Source: Octopus bimaculoides (Eukaryota). From it: a stretch of DNA of 64,000 bases. Positions 48,065-59,974 of the stretch are shown here, piece after piece; positions within the stretch are counted from its first letter, which is position 1, and each line of letters starts with the position of its first letter. The stretch spans positions 46,568,000-46,631,999 of the forward strand of contig NC_068982.1 of assembly GCF_001194135.2 (NCBI RefSeq), read 5' to 3'. The position numbers and the translations under genes were made by a program. Below the pieces are notes generated by a model. It saw only the letters and a program-made list of their open reading frames with translations, did not search any database and was not told the origin of the DNA.

Positions 48065-49844
48065 TGGTAATGTCATTTAGTGAATTTTTTGGTGTATACA
48101 ACAAGTAAATGCAAGTGTCATTTAAATAAATTATTTAAACCACAATCTGATGCTTTCCCATTGTTTTACTTTGATGTCGTTCACATGCTATTTCATCTGC
48201 TACCTTAACGTCGTTTGCTACACTTTTCTCGCTACAGTTGTTTCATCTTATTATTTCCATTAATTGTATTGCATGTTTCCTATTAATATAACAAATAAAT
48301 TATGTTACAACACATAGAAAAAAGTTGCAGAGGTTTAAAATTTGATCATTTTTACCCATTCAGAAAACAGGATTTGGAAGCAGCTATTTTGTGTGTGATT
48401 GCACGTATTGTCAACTGTAAACAAATAAAATATTGGTGGAATTCAGCTTCATGCACGGCCCCTTGNNNNNNNNNNNNNNNNNNNNNNNNNNNNNNNNNNN
48501 NNNNNNNNNNNNNNNNNNNNNNNNNNNNNNNNNNNNNNNNNNNNNNNNNNNNNNNNNNNNNNNNNNNNNNNNNNNNNNNNNNNNNNNNNNNNNNNNNNNN
48601 NNNNNNNNNNNNNNNNNNNNNNNNNNNNNNNNNNNNNNNNNNNNNNNNNNNNNNNNNNNNNNNNNNNNNNNNNNNNNNNNNNNNNNNNNNNNNNNNNNNN
48701 NNNNNNNNNNNNNNNNNNNNNNNNNNNNNNNNNNNNNNNNNNNNNNNNNNNNNNNNNNNNNNNNNNNNNNNNNNNNNNNNNNNNNNNNNNNNNNNNNNNN
48801 NNNNNNNNNNNNNNNNNNNNNNNNNNNNNNNNNNNNNNNNNNNNNNNNNNNNNNNNNNNNNNNNNNNNNNNNNNNNNNNNNNNNNNNNNNNNNNNNNNNN
48901 NNNNNNNNNNNNNNNNNNNNNNNNNNNNNNNNNNNNNNNNNNNNNNNNNNNNNNNNNNNNNNNNNNNNNNNNNNNNNNNNNNNNNNNNNNNNNNNNNNNN
49001 NNNNNNNNNNNNNNNNNNNNNNNNNNNNNNNNNNNNNNNNNNNNNNNNNNNNNNNNNNNNNNNNNNNNNNNNNNNNNNNNNNNNNNNNNNNNNNNNNNNN
49101 NNNNNNNNNNNNNNNNNNNNNNNNNNNNNNNNNNNNNNNNNNNNNNNNNNNNNNNNNNNNNNNNNNNNNNNNNNNNNNNNNNNNNNNNNNNNNNNNNNNN
49201 NNNNNNNNNNNNNNNNNNNNNNNNNNNNNNNNNNNNNNNNNNNNNNNNNNNNNNNNNNNNNNNNNNNNNNNNNNNNNNNNNNNNNNNNNNNNNNNNNNNN
49301 NNNNNNNNNNNNNNNNNNNNNNNNNNNNNNNNNNNNNNNNNNNNNNNNNNNNNNNNNNNNNNNTGGTAAAGAAATAATTGGTTAAAAGAAAAATGGAAAT
49401 GCAATTGTGAAAATTTGTAAGAATTAAAGTGCTCGGAAAAAAAATTAACAAGTTCCCACCTATTTCCATGGGCCTGCTCATTCAGTAGAACTGGGTGTGG
49501 GAGTAGGGTGTTAAAAACAACTGAGAGAAATCTTTTTTTAAGTACTCTTGTTTTGAAATCATCATTGGCAATGGTTTGGCAGAATCAAAGTGTCAGACGA
49601 AAATCCTTGAGGAATTTGTTCTGAGTTCAAATCCCACCAAAGACAACTTCATCTTTTACCATTCTGAGGGTCAAAAAGTTAAAGTACTTGCCAAATATTG
49701 GGGTCAAAATAATTGATAAACTACTCCCCACAAATTTTTGACTTTAGCAGACCTGTGATCAAAAGTATTTCACCTATGATGTGACTGTCTTATCTTTTAT
49801 TCAGATATTGTGTATTATCCAATATGTATTTACCTTTTAAATAA

Positions 49845-50475
49845 ATTATTATTATTATTATCATTATTATTATTATTATCATTATTATTATCATTCAGTA
49901 GTTTTATTTTTATAACATGCTTTCACTTCACTACCGAGCGCAGCTCTGTGCGCCTTGGGTATGTGCTGTGGTTTGCTGTGATGCTCTTATGGTTACTGTA
50001 TTGAAAGTGTTTTGCGTAGGATGTGTGCAGTGCCCAGTAGTGCAATTTTCTGTATGTTATATATATTTGTAAGTCCTGGTGTTTTTGTTATGTATTTGTC
50101 TGAATATATTTTTTTATTATACGTAAGGCACCTACTATGATAGGAATTGTTTCTGTTTTTAGATTCCACGTTCGAGTTACCTCTATTTCCAGGTCTTTGT
50201 ATTTTGAAAGTTTCTCCATTTCTTTTAGGGAAACATTGTCATCTGCTGGTATTGATACATCAATTAGAAAGCATTTTTTTCTTCGTGATCTCTGACAACT
50301 ATATCTGGCCTATTGGCCTTAATTTCTCTATCTGTGGGTATTGGCATATCCCAGAGTATGGTTGCTATCTCGTTTTCTGTGATCTTTTCTGGCGTGTATT
50401 TATACCGTCTTTTTTCTGTTGTTATTCCATAGTGTTGTCATAGCTTCCAGTGTATATAGGTCCCAGCTCTGTCGT
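49845..50475 (-). mobile_element. 5'-truncated R4/Dong-type non-LTR retrotransposon (RLE domain, 3'UTR, (TAA)n tail)
   Basis: The minus strand reads DRAGTYIHWKL*QHYG...ILWDMPIPTDREIKANRPDIVVRD...LIDVSIPADDNVSLKEMEKLSKYKDL...IPIIVGAL...(frameshift)IQKIALLGTAHILRKTLSIQ*, a PD-(D/E)xK restriction-like endonuclease. Stop at 49993-49995. (ATT)n arrays flank both sides. Confidence 0.85.
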
Positions 50476-50970
50476 ATCATTATTATTATTATTATTACTA
50501 TTATTAATATTATGAAAGAAATATTTCCAAGAGAAATATTTGAAACCATATTAGTGATGCAGCTCCTTGTGAATCTCCCACTGCATCCAGGGAAAAGGGA
50601 GCACCATTAATGCTTATTTAAACTAATAAGGGTTTAATTAATATTTGTCTATCACTGTTGAGCAATCCCATACCTTACATATTAGGAATGGGAACAAACG
50701 GAAAGCATGTGTGACAGAGATGTCATCAGAAACTTTATTGGACCATAAATTCTTCTGAAAAAGACAATCATACCGAAGCAGTAAAAGTGGGCAGTTTGGC
50801 TGTTACAAATAAAATTAGATAGGAAACTATTGTGAAATAAATAAAGTGTATAGAGATGGAAATATTTGGTGTTCAAGCCATTAACAGATGTGCCATTTAT
50901 ACCCAGGCTCATCCAAAGTCATTGATTTCCAGTTGGATTTCTTAGAGGAATCGAAGCAATAGCTGGGAGA

Positions 50971-51104
50971 AACACATGCTTTAGCATCAAGTCATTAGAT
51001 GTTTCAAGATACTTTGCCAGTCCAATTGCAGTGGTTTTGTAAGGGATTTCAAATTGGATCAAGTCTCAACCTCCTTGAGCTCTGGGTAGATAAAGACAAT
51101 CTGC
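50971..51104 (-). mobile_element. Degraded R4/Dong-type RT C-terminal fragment
   Basis: ADCLYLPRAQGG*DLIQFEIPYKTTAIGLAKYLETSNDLMLKHV resembles the DRLYLPRxxGGRGL motif region. Confidence 0.6.
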
Positions 51105-51611
51105 TTCATTCTTACTTTCTTCCCTGCTCCTCCTACTACTAATCTTGGAGGGCCCTGAAAGGTCTTAAGTGTTGCCTTTTCTTCGTTGGCTATGTTATAT
51201 AAATAAAATGTGTAGTTATTTCTATTATGGCTGAAATCAAAACTGACCCATGTAATTCATTCTGTTATTTTGCATCATTCTGCCTTTATTTTCTTTGTAT
51301 GTCATTCAATAAAGTAAATGTCAGTTGCTACAAGGTTACAATCAATGCATTAAGATATGATCACTTATATAGGAAGTGTACTGGTAACTGTGCTTTAGTT
51401 TAACATTGAAAATGATTCACAGTTATCTCATCAAAAATATTGAGCAATCCCATATCATAAATGGCAGAAAAGGGTAAAATGGAAAGCTTGTAATAAGAAA
51501 AATGACATCAGAAATTTTCATTTCACCATAAAATTCTTCTGAAAAAAATGCTGAAATAGCAAAAGTAGGCAGTTGGCTGTTACAAACAAAATGTTCTGGT
51601 AAGGTTTTTAA

Positions 51612-51834
51612 CCCTTCAGCATTCAGATTACTCTGTCACATGTAATGCTTACTTATTCATATTGTTTGGAATTAGCCATGCATTATCTCAAAGCTATGAG
51701 ATTTCAATGATGTGATTATGTTATTTTTAGAATGTCATTATGTAGAGTACATGCTAGCGACTGGAAGTGGCTGATTTGAGCATAGAACAGTTGAAATATT
51801 TGGGCAGGATATGACTGGATTAAATGCTAAAGGG
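51612..51834 (+). mobile_element. piggyBac-type MITE of about 220 bp (family E)
   Basis: TTAA|CCCTTCAGCATT...AATGCTAAAGGG|TTAA: 12-bp TIR with 1 mismatch and a TTAA TSD. Confidence 0.8.
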
Positions 51835-54786
51835 TTAAAATGAATTAGGAAAAAAAAAAACTTTCAGGTAGTTTTTCAAAAAGTTTATATTTTGTAGAAA
51901 TATTTCTAAAAACAAAAAAACAAAAAAACAAAAAAAAAAAACATAAAACAAAAAAAAACAAACAACCCAAAAAATTCTTACATACTTATACAGAATAGAA
52001 TAAATTTTAATCAGATTCAAATCATAAATTCAAGAGAAGTAGGATGTCAATATGAAACAATTCAAAAAAGGACATTAGAAGAGAAATATTCTTCGATTTT
52101 CCAGATTTCTGTAACAAAAAAAAAAAAAAAAAGAATGGTTTTGCTTAAAGGTCACTTGGTAGTCGTTAGCTTACTAATGTGAAGTTGGCACTGTTATTTG
52201 TATCTTCCAACACTTCTATTACACTTCATGTACTACTGTTTCATATGACATCCAGTGTAAAAGAAGTTGTTGCTCATGGGAACTAGCAGTCATAGTTGTT
52301 GAAAGAGAGAAGATAGAGAGAAAGATGGTGAAGTGAGTGAGTAGTTATAATAAAAATGCGAACAAAACTTTTGTGGTTTCCTTTGGGATTCAGAATGTCA
52401 AACAATAAAATGGCCATACTGTCAATAATATATTTGTCAATAATTCATAAAGAAATATCTTTTCTGAGATTGCATACATCCTTCAATTCAGCAACAAACA
52501 ATGCAAAATCTTTGAAAGGAAGTTATTGAAAGATTTCTTTTGTTATCTATAAAGATGACATAACAAGCAAATATCACAGTTATTTATGTCCCAGCTCAAC
52601 CTTAAATTTTGCTTTCTTGTTTACTTTCGTCCTTTCCAGTTATAAAAGTTGTGGTCAACATGAAAAAAATATTTAAGCTTCGTTACAGCTTATATGAATA
52701 GTTTCCATCTGTACTTTTATCTCTTTTCTTCTGGTGGTAAGGGGAGACAATTGTGGTTATGGTGGAGTGGTTGTGCGTTTATATGATCGAATAGCTGAAT
52801 ACAAACCATGGGTAACTTTCGATTTCTTTGCTAGAATTTGTTTATGTCGAGGCTTGGTATGAAGCATACTGCATTTATAGATTAGGGGCGCAGGGGCAGA
52901 AGTAATCATCAAACTGTGACTCCATGAAGTAGAAAACTTGGGTAGATCTGAAAGAAATATATGCACATTAAACAGAAGATTCAACAGCAGTTCTTGACAA
53001 ATATCAGGCATTTTATATATATATGAGAATTATTATCCGAATACACCTGTTCTGATGAACAATAAACCATTACCTTAAAATTTGCTTTACCTTACACCCT
53101 TCTTTAGAGTGGCTATGTGGTAAGAAGTTTGCTTCCCAATCACATGGTTCTGGATTCAGTCCCACTGCGTGGCACTTTGGGCAAGTGTCTTCTACTGCAG
53201 CCTCAGTTTGACCAAAGCCTTGGGAATGGATTTGGTAGAAGGAAACTATAAGAAGCCCTTTGTATATATATATATATATACATGTGTGCATCTTTGTGTT
53301 TGTGTTTGTTGCTCATCCCTATTTTACAATTGGTGCTGGTGTGTTTATGCCACTTAGCAGTTTGGCAAAAGACACCGAAGGAATTAGTACCGGGTTTTAA
53401 AAAAAAAGTTTGGGGATTGATCCACTTGACTAAGAGTTCTTCAAGGCAGCATGGCTGCAGTCTAATGGCTGAAACAAGTAAAAGCTAAAATTTTCTTACA
53501 TAAGTACAAAACTGGAAATTAGGTGGTAGTGGGGTATAATTCAATCAAAGCAGCCTTAGTTGTTGACGTATACAGTATTTTGTTGACCTTGGAAGGATTT
53601 TAACTTAAACCATAAAGGCATACTACCATGCATTTTATTAGATACTCTAATGATTTTCCTAGTCCATCATTCTTCATGCTATATTAATATATCACTATAT
53701 ATGGTAATATATAATATCTCACCATGCTATACTAATATATAATATATAATATTTCACCATGCGATACAGTAACACAGGGCGATACAAATATCACGTTATA
53801 CAATATAGTCAACCCAAACACCACAACATTGTACAGCGAAATGTAATATCTAACTATCACCTCATTCCACAATATCACACCATGGCAGATCATCACAATT
53901 TCTATTCAATATTTATTTACATGTCTTTCTCTCTGACCATTTTAAGGTTATTGTATAAATTCCTCTAAAGAAAAATTCAATGCCCAAATAATATGAAATG
54001 ACCTAGCATCTTGTGATAGTTGCAAACATGTATCACTGTTATACAAGCAGTGTTGTTTGTTTCGATGTCTAGCCATGGGAAATATAACCTAGCTCAGAAA
54101 CGGGTGAGGGTGGGTGACAGGAAGAGCATCCGACCATAGAAAATCTGCCCCTACTAATTTCATTTGACCCAAGCAAGCATAGAAAAGTGGATGTTAAATA
54201 ATAATAATGATAGGACTGGGGGTGAATGGCAGTTGTAGTATTGGTGGTGGTGGTGGTGATGGTGATGAGGAAGCTGTTGTTGTTGTTGTTGTTGCTATTG
54301 TTCTGAATGAATTGTTGTCATGAAGACTCTAATTTTCTGTTCTGAATGTTCATTTCATCTTTAGAGTATGAAAAATATAAAAGAAAGGTTCTTGGGTTTA
54401 AGTGCCAACCATGTGTAAGTAGTTCCATTATTTAGTCATCAGTCAACTGAATACCCTACCAAATGAAATAACCTGCCCATTAAAATTTACATGTAAATGG
54501 TTGAGTACTCCTCAAACACATGTACCTTTAAATAATCCTACATCATAGTCAGAGTGACACAACATGTGATAAAGTCAAACCTTTGAAATACAGGAATAAT
54601 CCATCTGATGGTCACTTGCAGAGCACATGTCCAGAGAGTTTCACTCACAAGACTTGGGTTGACCTGAGATTATTCTCAAAGACACTTAGCCAAGCAGTCA
54701 TGAAGTGAGAATGAACCTGGAATCCCTTTATGAAATTCATAACCATTCAGTAGATACAGCATCATTAGAATATAAATTATCATTTA

Positions 54787-54988
54787 TGAGGGGGTGCTGA
54801 AAAGTTCCTGGCTCTGGGTAAAAGAAAATGCAGGAGGATCAGTAAATTATGATTTTATTTAACATATTCTCCTTCCACTTTCACACACTTATTGCAATGG
54901 TCTTTCAGTTGTTCTAAGCCCTGTAAAAGAACTCGGAAGGCCTTTCATGACACCCTTGAAGTAGGGAACTTTTCAACCCCCCTGCCCC

Positions 54989-54990
<2 letters not shown>
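54787..54990 (-). mobile_element. Mariner-type MITE (second copy)
   Basis: TA|TGAGGGGGTGCTGAAAAGTTCC with a degenerate right TIR. The minus strand encodes LLQGLEQLKDHCNKCVKVEGEYVK*. Confidence 0.75.
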
Positions 54991-55020
<30 letters not shown>

Positions 55021-55500
55021 NNNNNNNNNNNNNNNNNNNNNNNNNNNNNNNNNNNNNNNNNNNNNNNNNNNNNNNNNNNNNNNNNNNNNNNNNNNNNNNN
55101 NNNNNNNNNNNNNNNNNNNNNNNNNNNNNNNNNNNNNNNNNNNNNNNNNNNNNNNNNNNNNNNNNNNNNNNNNNNNNNNNNNNNNNNNNNNNNNNNNNNN
55201 NNNNNNNNNNNNNNNNNNNNNNNNNNNNNNNNNNNNNNNNNNNNNNNNNNNNNNNNNNNNNNNNNNNNNNNNNNNNNNNNNNNNNNNNNNNNNNNNNNNN
55301 NNNNNNNNNNNNNNNNNNNNNNNNNNNNNNNNNNNNNNNNNNNNNNNNNNNNNNNNNNNNNNNNNNNNNNNNNNNNNNNNNNNNNNNNNNNNNNNNNNNN
55401 NNNNNNNNNNNNNNNATTTTGATGATAAAGATTCCTCCTAAAAGGGATGCTAACATCTAAGCTTCCCTAGTTTAATTTATATATCAACAAAATAAGAGAA

Positions 55501-55899
55501 AACTGTCCACTTAAAAATCTATGCAAAAAGAAAAATGTGGTATATAGGTGCAATGTAAAATCTGAAGGAATAAATTATTATTACATACAGGGTATGAAAA
55601 ATTGTATTAAGCGAAGAATTACCAACCATGAAAGCACATTTAAAGATAAAAATAAATCAACCAGTACCAATCTAAGCAAACTAATATGGGAGTCAAAGGA
55701 CAAAAATAAGGATTTTAATCTGAAGTGAGAAATTATGAGCCATGCTAAATTCTATAGAATAGCTGACAATCACTGTGATTTCTGTATTGATGGACTTTTC
55801 CCAATATTAACATCTAAACACAAACTTATTAACAGTAAATGTGAAAAAGGTTTATCTTGCACACATTCTTATAGATATGTATTTAAAAACTATAAATAA
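55501..55899 (+). mobile_element. Penelope-like element GIY-YIG endonuclease remnant
   Basis: NCPLKNLCKKKNVVYRCNV...YYYIQG...KRRITNHESTFK...TNLSKLIWESK...FNLK*EI...AK.Y....HCDFC...LINSKCE...CTHSYRY. The motif order is typical of PLE GIY-YIG domains, with one in-frame stop at a conserved W. Confidence 0.8.
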
Positions 55900-56170
55900 A
55901 AAAATAAAATATAAAATATAATAAAAGATAGATTAAAATGTTAATCTATACTATATATAAAACAGAGATGTGTGTGTAATTGCTTATCACGTGGAAACGG
56001 CTTCACTATTTACTTCCATACTTGTGATGCAGGAATAATTTGACCTCGGATAAATCTTAGGCTCTTCATTTGATTTTTTTTATTAAGATAAATAATATTG
56101 CTTTATATTTAAGATTCACTTCTTTAAAAATGTTCCTCAATGTCAACTTCCGGTAGCCATAGTTATTTCT

Positions 56171-56657
56171 TCACTTTAACTTCAATCGTTACTGTTCACA
56201 CTAAAAGTTTACTCACATTTACTGATGTAAGTAATTTCATCATTTACTAACAGAAGTTCGGTTTCATGTTTCCCTGTTGCTGAGGTTTTTTTTTTTTCTG
56301 GTACCTTCGATACTGGCTGTTTGGTTCACTGAGTGACAAATTTCGCTTCAACCTCACTTTAACTTCAATTGTTACTGTTCTCAATAAAAGTTTACGTTGT
56401 CAATCGCTAACAAGTTCACATTTACTGATGTCAGTAATTTCATCATTTACTAACAGAAGTACGGTTTTGTGTTTTCCTGTTGCTGAGGTTTTCTTTTTTT
56501 CTGGTACCTTCGATACTGGCTCTTTGGTTCGCTGAGTGACAAATTTCACTTCAACCTCACTTTAATTTCAATCGTTACTGTTCTCACTAACAGTTTATGT
56601 TTTCAATCGCTAACAACTTCACATTTACTGATGTAAGTAACTTCATAATTTACTAAC
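56171..56657. repeat. Tandem repeat with a unit of about 200 bp, 2.5 copies
   Basis: Units start TCACTTTAA(C/T)TTCAAT at 56171, 56354 and 56557 (183, 203 and about 100 bp). The array ends abruptly at CAGGGTTAGGGTTAG. Confidence 0.9.
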
Positions 56658-56673
56658 CAGGGTTAGGGTTAGT

Positions 56674-56821
56674 CACAAGTGGCTATGTGAAAGAACAATT
56701 CTGGCACCAAGGAATGATTCTGTAGACAAGCTGAATTTAAATTTGTTAACTCAGCCTCCAGGACCTGAATGTTCATACAGATCAATTAACTCTGTCCATG
56801 ATCAAGAACAGGCAACGCATT
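56674..56821 (+). pseudogene. Helitron RepHel PIF1-type helicase fragment
   Basis: HKWLCERTILAPRNDSVDKLNLNLLTQPPGPECSYRSINSVHDQEQATH matches the WLxERAILAPxNxxVxxxN...Y.S.DSV segment of Helitron helicases. It runs into the gap. Confidence 0.8.
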
Positions 56822-57555
56822 NNNNNNNNNNNNNNNNNNNNNNNNNNNNNNNNNNNNNNNNNNNNNNNNNNNNNNNNNNNNNNNNNNNNNNNNNNNNNNN
56901 NNNNNNNNNNNNNNNNNNNNNNNNNNNNNNNNNNNNNNNNNNNNNNNNNNNNNNNNNNNNNNNNNNNNNNNNNNNNNNNNNNNNNNNNNNNNNNNNNNNN
57001 NNNNNNNNNNNNNNNNNNNNNNNNNNNNNNNNNNNNNNNNNNNNNNNNNNNNNNNNNNNNNNNNNNNNNNNNNNNNNNNNNNNNNNNNNNNNNNNNNNNN
57101 NNNNNNNNNNNNNNNNNNNNNNNNNNNNNNNNNNNNNNNNNNNNNNNNNNNNNNNNNNNNNNNNNNNNNNNNNNNNNNNNNNNNNNNNNNNNNNNNNNNN
57201 NNNNNNNNNNNNNNNNNNNNNNNNNNNNNNNNNNNNNNNNNNNNNNNNNNNNNNNNNNNNNNNNNNNNNNNNNNNNNNNNNNNNNNNNNNNNNNNNNNNN
57301 NNNNNNNNNNNNNNNNNNNNNNNNNNNNNNNNNNNNNNNNNNNNNNNNNNNNNNNNNNNNNNNNNNNNNNNNNNNNNNNNNNNNNNNNNNNNNNNNNNNN
57401 NNNNNNNNNNNNNNNNNNNNNNNNNNNNNNNNNNNNNNNNNNNNNNNNNNNNNNNNNNNNNNNNNNNNNNNNNNNNNNNNNNNNNNNNNNNNNNNNNNNN
57501 NNNNNNNNNNNNNNNNNNNNNNNNNNNNNNNNNNNNNNNNNNNNNNNNNNNNNNN

Positions 57556-57882
57556 TGGGCAAGTGTCTTCTACTATAGCCTCAGGCCGACCAAAGCCTTG
57601 TGAGTGGATTTGGTAGACGGAAACTGAAAGAAGCCCGTCGTATATATGTATATATATGTGTATGTGTGTGTTTGTGTGTCTGTGTTTGTCCCCCCAACAT
57701 CGCTTGACAACCGATGCTGGTGTGTTTATGTCCCCATAACTTAGCGGTTCGGCAAAAGAGACCGATAGAATAAGTACTAGGCTTCCAAAGAATTTGTCCT
57801 GGGGTTGATTTGCTCAACTAAAGGCGGTGCTCCAGCATGGCCGCAGTCAAATGACTGAAACAAGTAAAAGAGTAAAAGAGTA
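57556..57882 (+). mobile_element. SINE family A, young copy nested in the Helitron
   Basis: Near-identical to 15181-15525. The head is lost in the gap. Confidence 0.9.
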
Positions 57883-58889
57883 AGTACCAATAAGCAACAA
57901 TTTCATTCCCGGGCAACGCCGGGTGGCTCTGCTAGTTAGATAAATTAAAGGGTATAGATATGTATTAAAAGGTACAACTAAAATACTATAAATATTATAT
58001 AAAAGTTGTATAGAACGTAAACTTATTAACTTGTAGGTAAAATTGGATAATAGTAATAATAATAAATAATGTATATCTTTTCTAGTATATTGAAATTCGA
58101 AAATTATATAATGATGAAAATGCTTTTCAACACTTAATCTGATGACGTAGAATACAAGTACAATGCATTCAAAAGGAAAAGTGAATTTCTGCACCATCAC
58201 ATGTTGCACACCAAACAAACCAAAATTAATAGTAATAATTAAATTAATAAAAGTAGTGATTAACCCTTTGCACCAGCGCTTACGACTAATTAACTTGAAA
58301 AATGATTTTGATTAACCAATATAAACTATATATCTTCTCAAACTCTCACAGTTAATAATAAGAATTCGAATATAAATAGATTCACTTGCAGTTAATAGTG
58401 ATATTAAATCTAACAGTTCCTTTGTTTTCAAACATATTAACACACATACACACACACAAAATATTAACAAACATTGATACATGCGCACACAAAAAATGAT
58501 AAAAAATAAAACCAAAGTGCATATAAATATGTAACAGCTTTTAAATAAATATTAACACACACACACGCACACATAAATTTAACAAATACATGCACACATA
58601 GATTTAACACATGCACAAATAAATAAAAACAAAAGTGATATGCGTATATAACAGTAAATTTTTGAAATATTAACATACACTCGCACACATTAATATACAG
58701 AATATTGACATATCAAGTCTGTTGATGATCACCCAAACAATTGGGATGTGATTTTCTTTTTATGCATAATTTTCACCCTAAGGAAATATTTAACTCATTG
58801 TTTTCGATATGAATTTTAATTCTTAGTTTATTAATTTCTAATTGAATGAGTTGGGTATGAAAACAATTGTAGATTACACAGAATTATCT

Positions 58890-59141
58890 CTTTTTTACTC
58901 TTTGACTCTTTTACTTGTTTCAGTCATGTGACTGTGGCCATACTTGAGCACCGCCTTTAGTCGAGCAAATCGACCCGAGTACTTATTCTTTGTAAGCCTA
59001 GTACTTATTCTATCAGTCTCTTTTGCTGAACTGCTAAGTTACAGGGACGTAAACACACCACCATCGGTTGTCAAGCGATGTTGGGGGGACAAACACAGAC
59101 ACACAAACATATACACACACATACATATATATATATATATA
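58890..59141 (-). mobile_element. SINE family A, 3' half
   Basis: Reverse complement of the family A 3' part. It runs into (TA)n and a gap. Confidence 0.85.
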
Positions 59142-59671
59142 NNNNNNNNNNNNNNNNNNNNNNNNNNNNNNNNNNNNNNNNNNNNNNNNNNNNNNNNNNN
59201 NNNNNNNNNNNNNNNNNNNNNNNNNNNNNNNNNNNNNNNNNNNNNNNNNNNNNNNNNNNNNNNNNNNNNNNNNNNNNNNNNNNNNNNNNNNNNNNNNNNN
59301 NNNNNNNNNNNNNNNNNNNNNNNNNNNNNNNNNNNNNNNNNNNNNNNNNNNNNNNNNNNNNNNNNNNNNNNNNNNNNNNNNNNNNNNNNNNNNNNNNNNN
59401 NNNNNNNNNNNNNNNNNNNNNNNNNNNNNNNNNNNNNNNNNNNNNNNNNNNNNNNNNNNNNNNNNNNNNNNNNNNNNNNNNNNNNNNNNNNNNNNNNNNN
59501 NNNNNNNNNNNNNNNNNNNNNNNNNNNNNNNNNNNNNNNNNNNNNNNNNNNNNNNNNNNNNNNNNNNNNNNNNNNNNNNNNNNNNNNNNNNNNNNNNNNN
59601 NNNNNNNNNNNNNNNNNNNNNNNNNNNNNNNNNNNNNNNNNNNNNNNNNNNNNNNNNNNNNNNNNNNNNNN

Positions 59672-59714
<43 letters not shown>

Positions 59715-59756
59715 CACATACAAACATGTATATATAATCATATATATATATATATA

Positions 59757-59974
59757 CGAGGGGTGCTGAAAAGATCCTCGCTTTGGGTAAAAGAAAATAA
59801 ATAGAGGAGTATCAATAATTATGATTTTATTCAACATATTCCCCACTCAGCTTCACCCACTTATGGAGCAGCCCTTCAGTTTTTCTAAGCACTGTAAAGG
59901 AAATCAGAAATTTGGGCCTCCAACCAGGCCTTTCACAACACCCTTAAAATCGGGAACTTTTCAGCACCCCCTCA
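59757..59974 (-). mobile_element. Mariner-type MITE
   Basis: TA|CGAGGGGTGCTGAAAAG...CTTTTCAGCACCCCCTCA|TA. The internal minus strand ends ...VKLSGEYVE*, like a mariner transposase C-terminus. Confidence 0.8.

Larger units (their letters stand above)
55945..57935 (+). mobile_element. Non-autonomous Helitron (spans an N-gap, nested SINE)
   Basis: 5' end A|TCTATACTATATATAAAA, 3' hairpin CCCGG-GCAACG-CCGGG (57908-57923) followed by CTAG|T, AT target without TSD, and an internal PIF1 helicase remnant. Continuity across the gap 56822-57555 is inferred. Confidence 0.7.
1142..59670. other. Assembly gaps (N-runs)
   Basis: 1142-1205, 3179-3188, 4578-4587, 5561-5606, 32216-32505, 33363-33372, 36574-37406, 40156-40487, 48466-49363, 55021-55415, 56822-57555 and 59142-59670. 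Many abut microsatellites. Confidence 0.99.

Noticed and set aside
56658-56673. Interstitial telomere or chromosome fusion site
   Set aside because: There are only about two repeat units, within a transposon, and no inverted telomeric array.
32112-59846. Long ORFs made of X residues (for example 36511-37449, 48302-49481, 56743-57616, 58944-59846)
   Set aside because: They span N-gaps. Only the flanking residues at 40490-40618 and 56674-56821 are informative, and these are reported separately.
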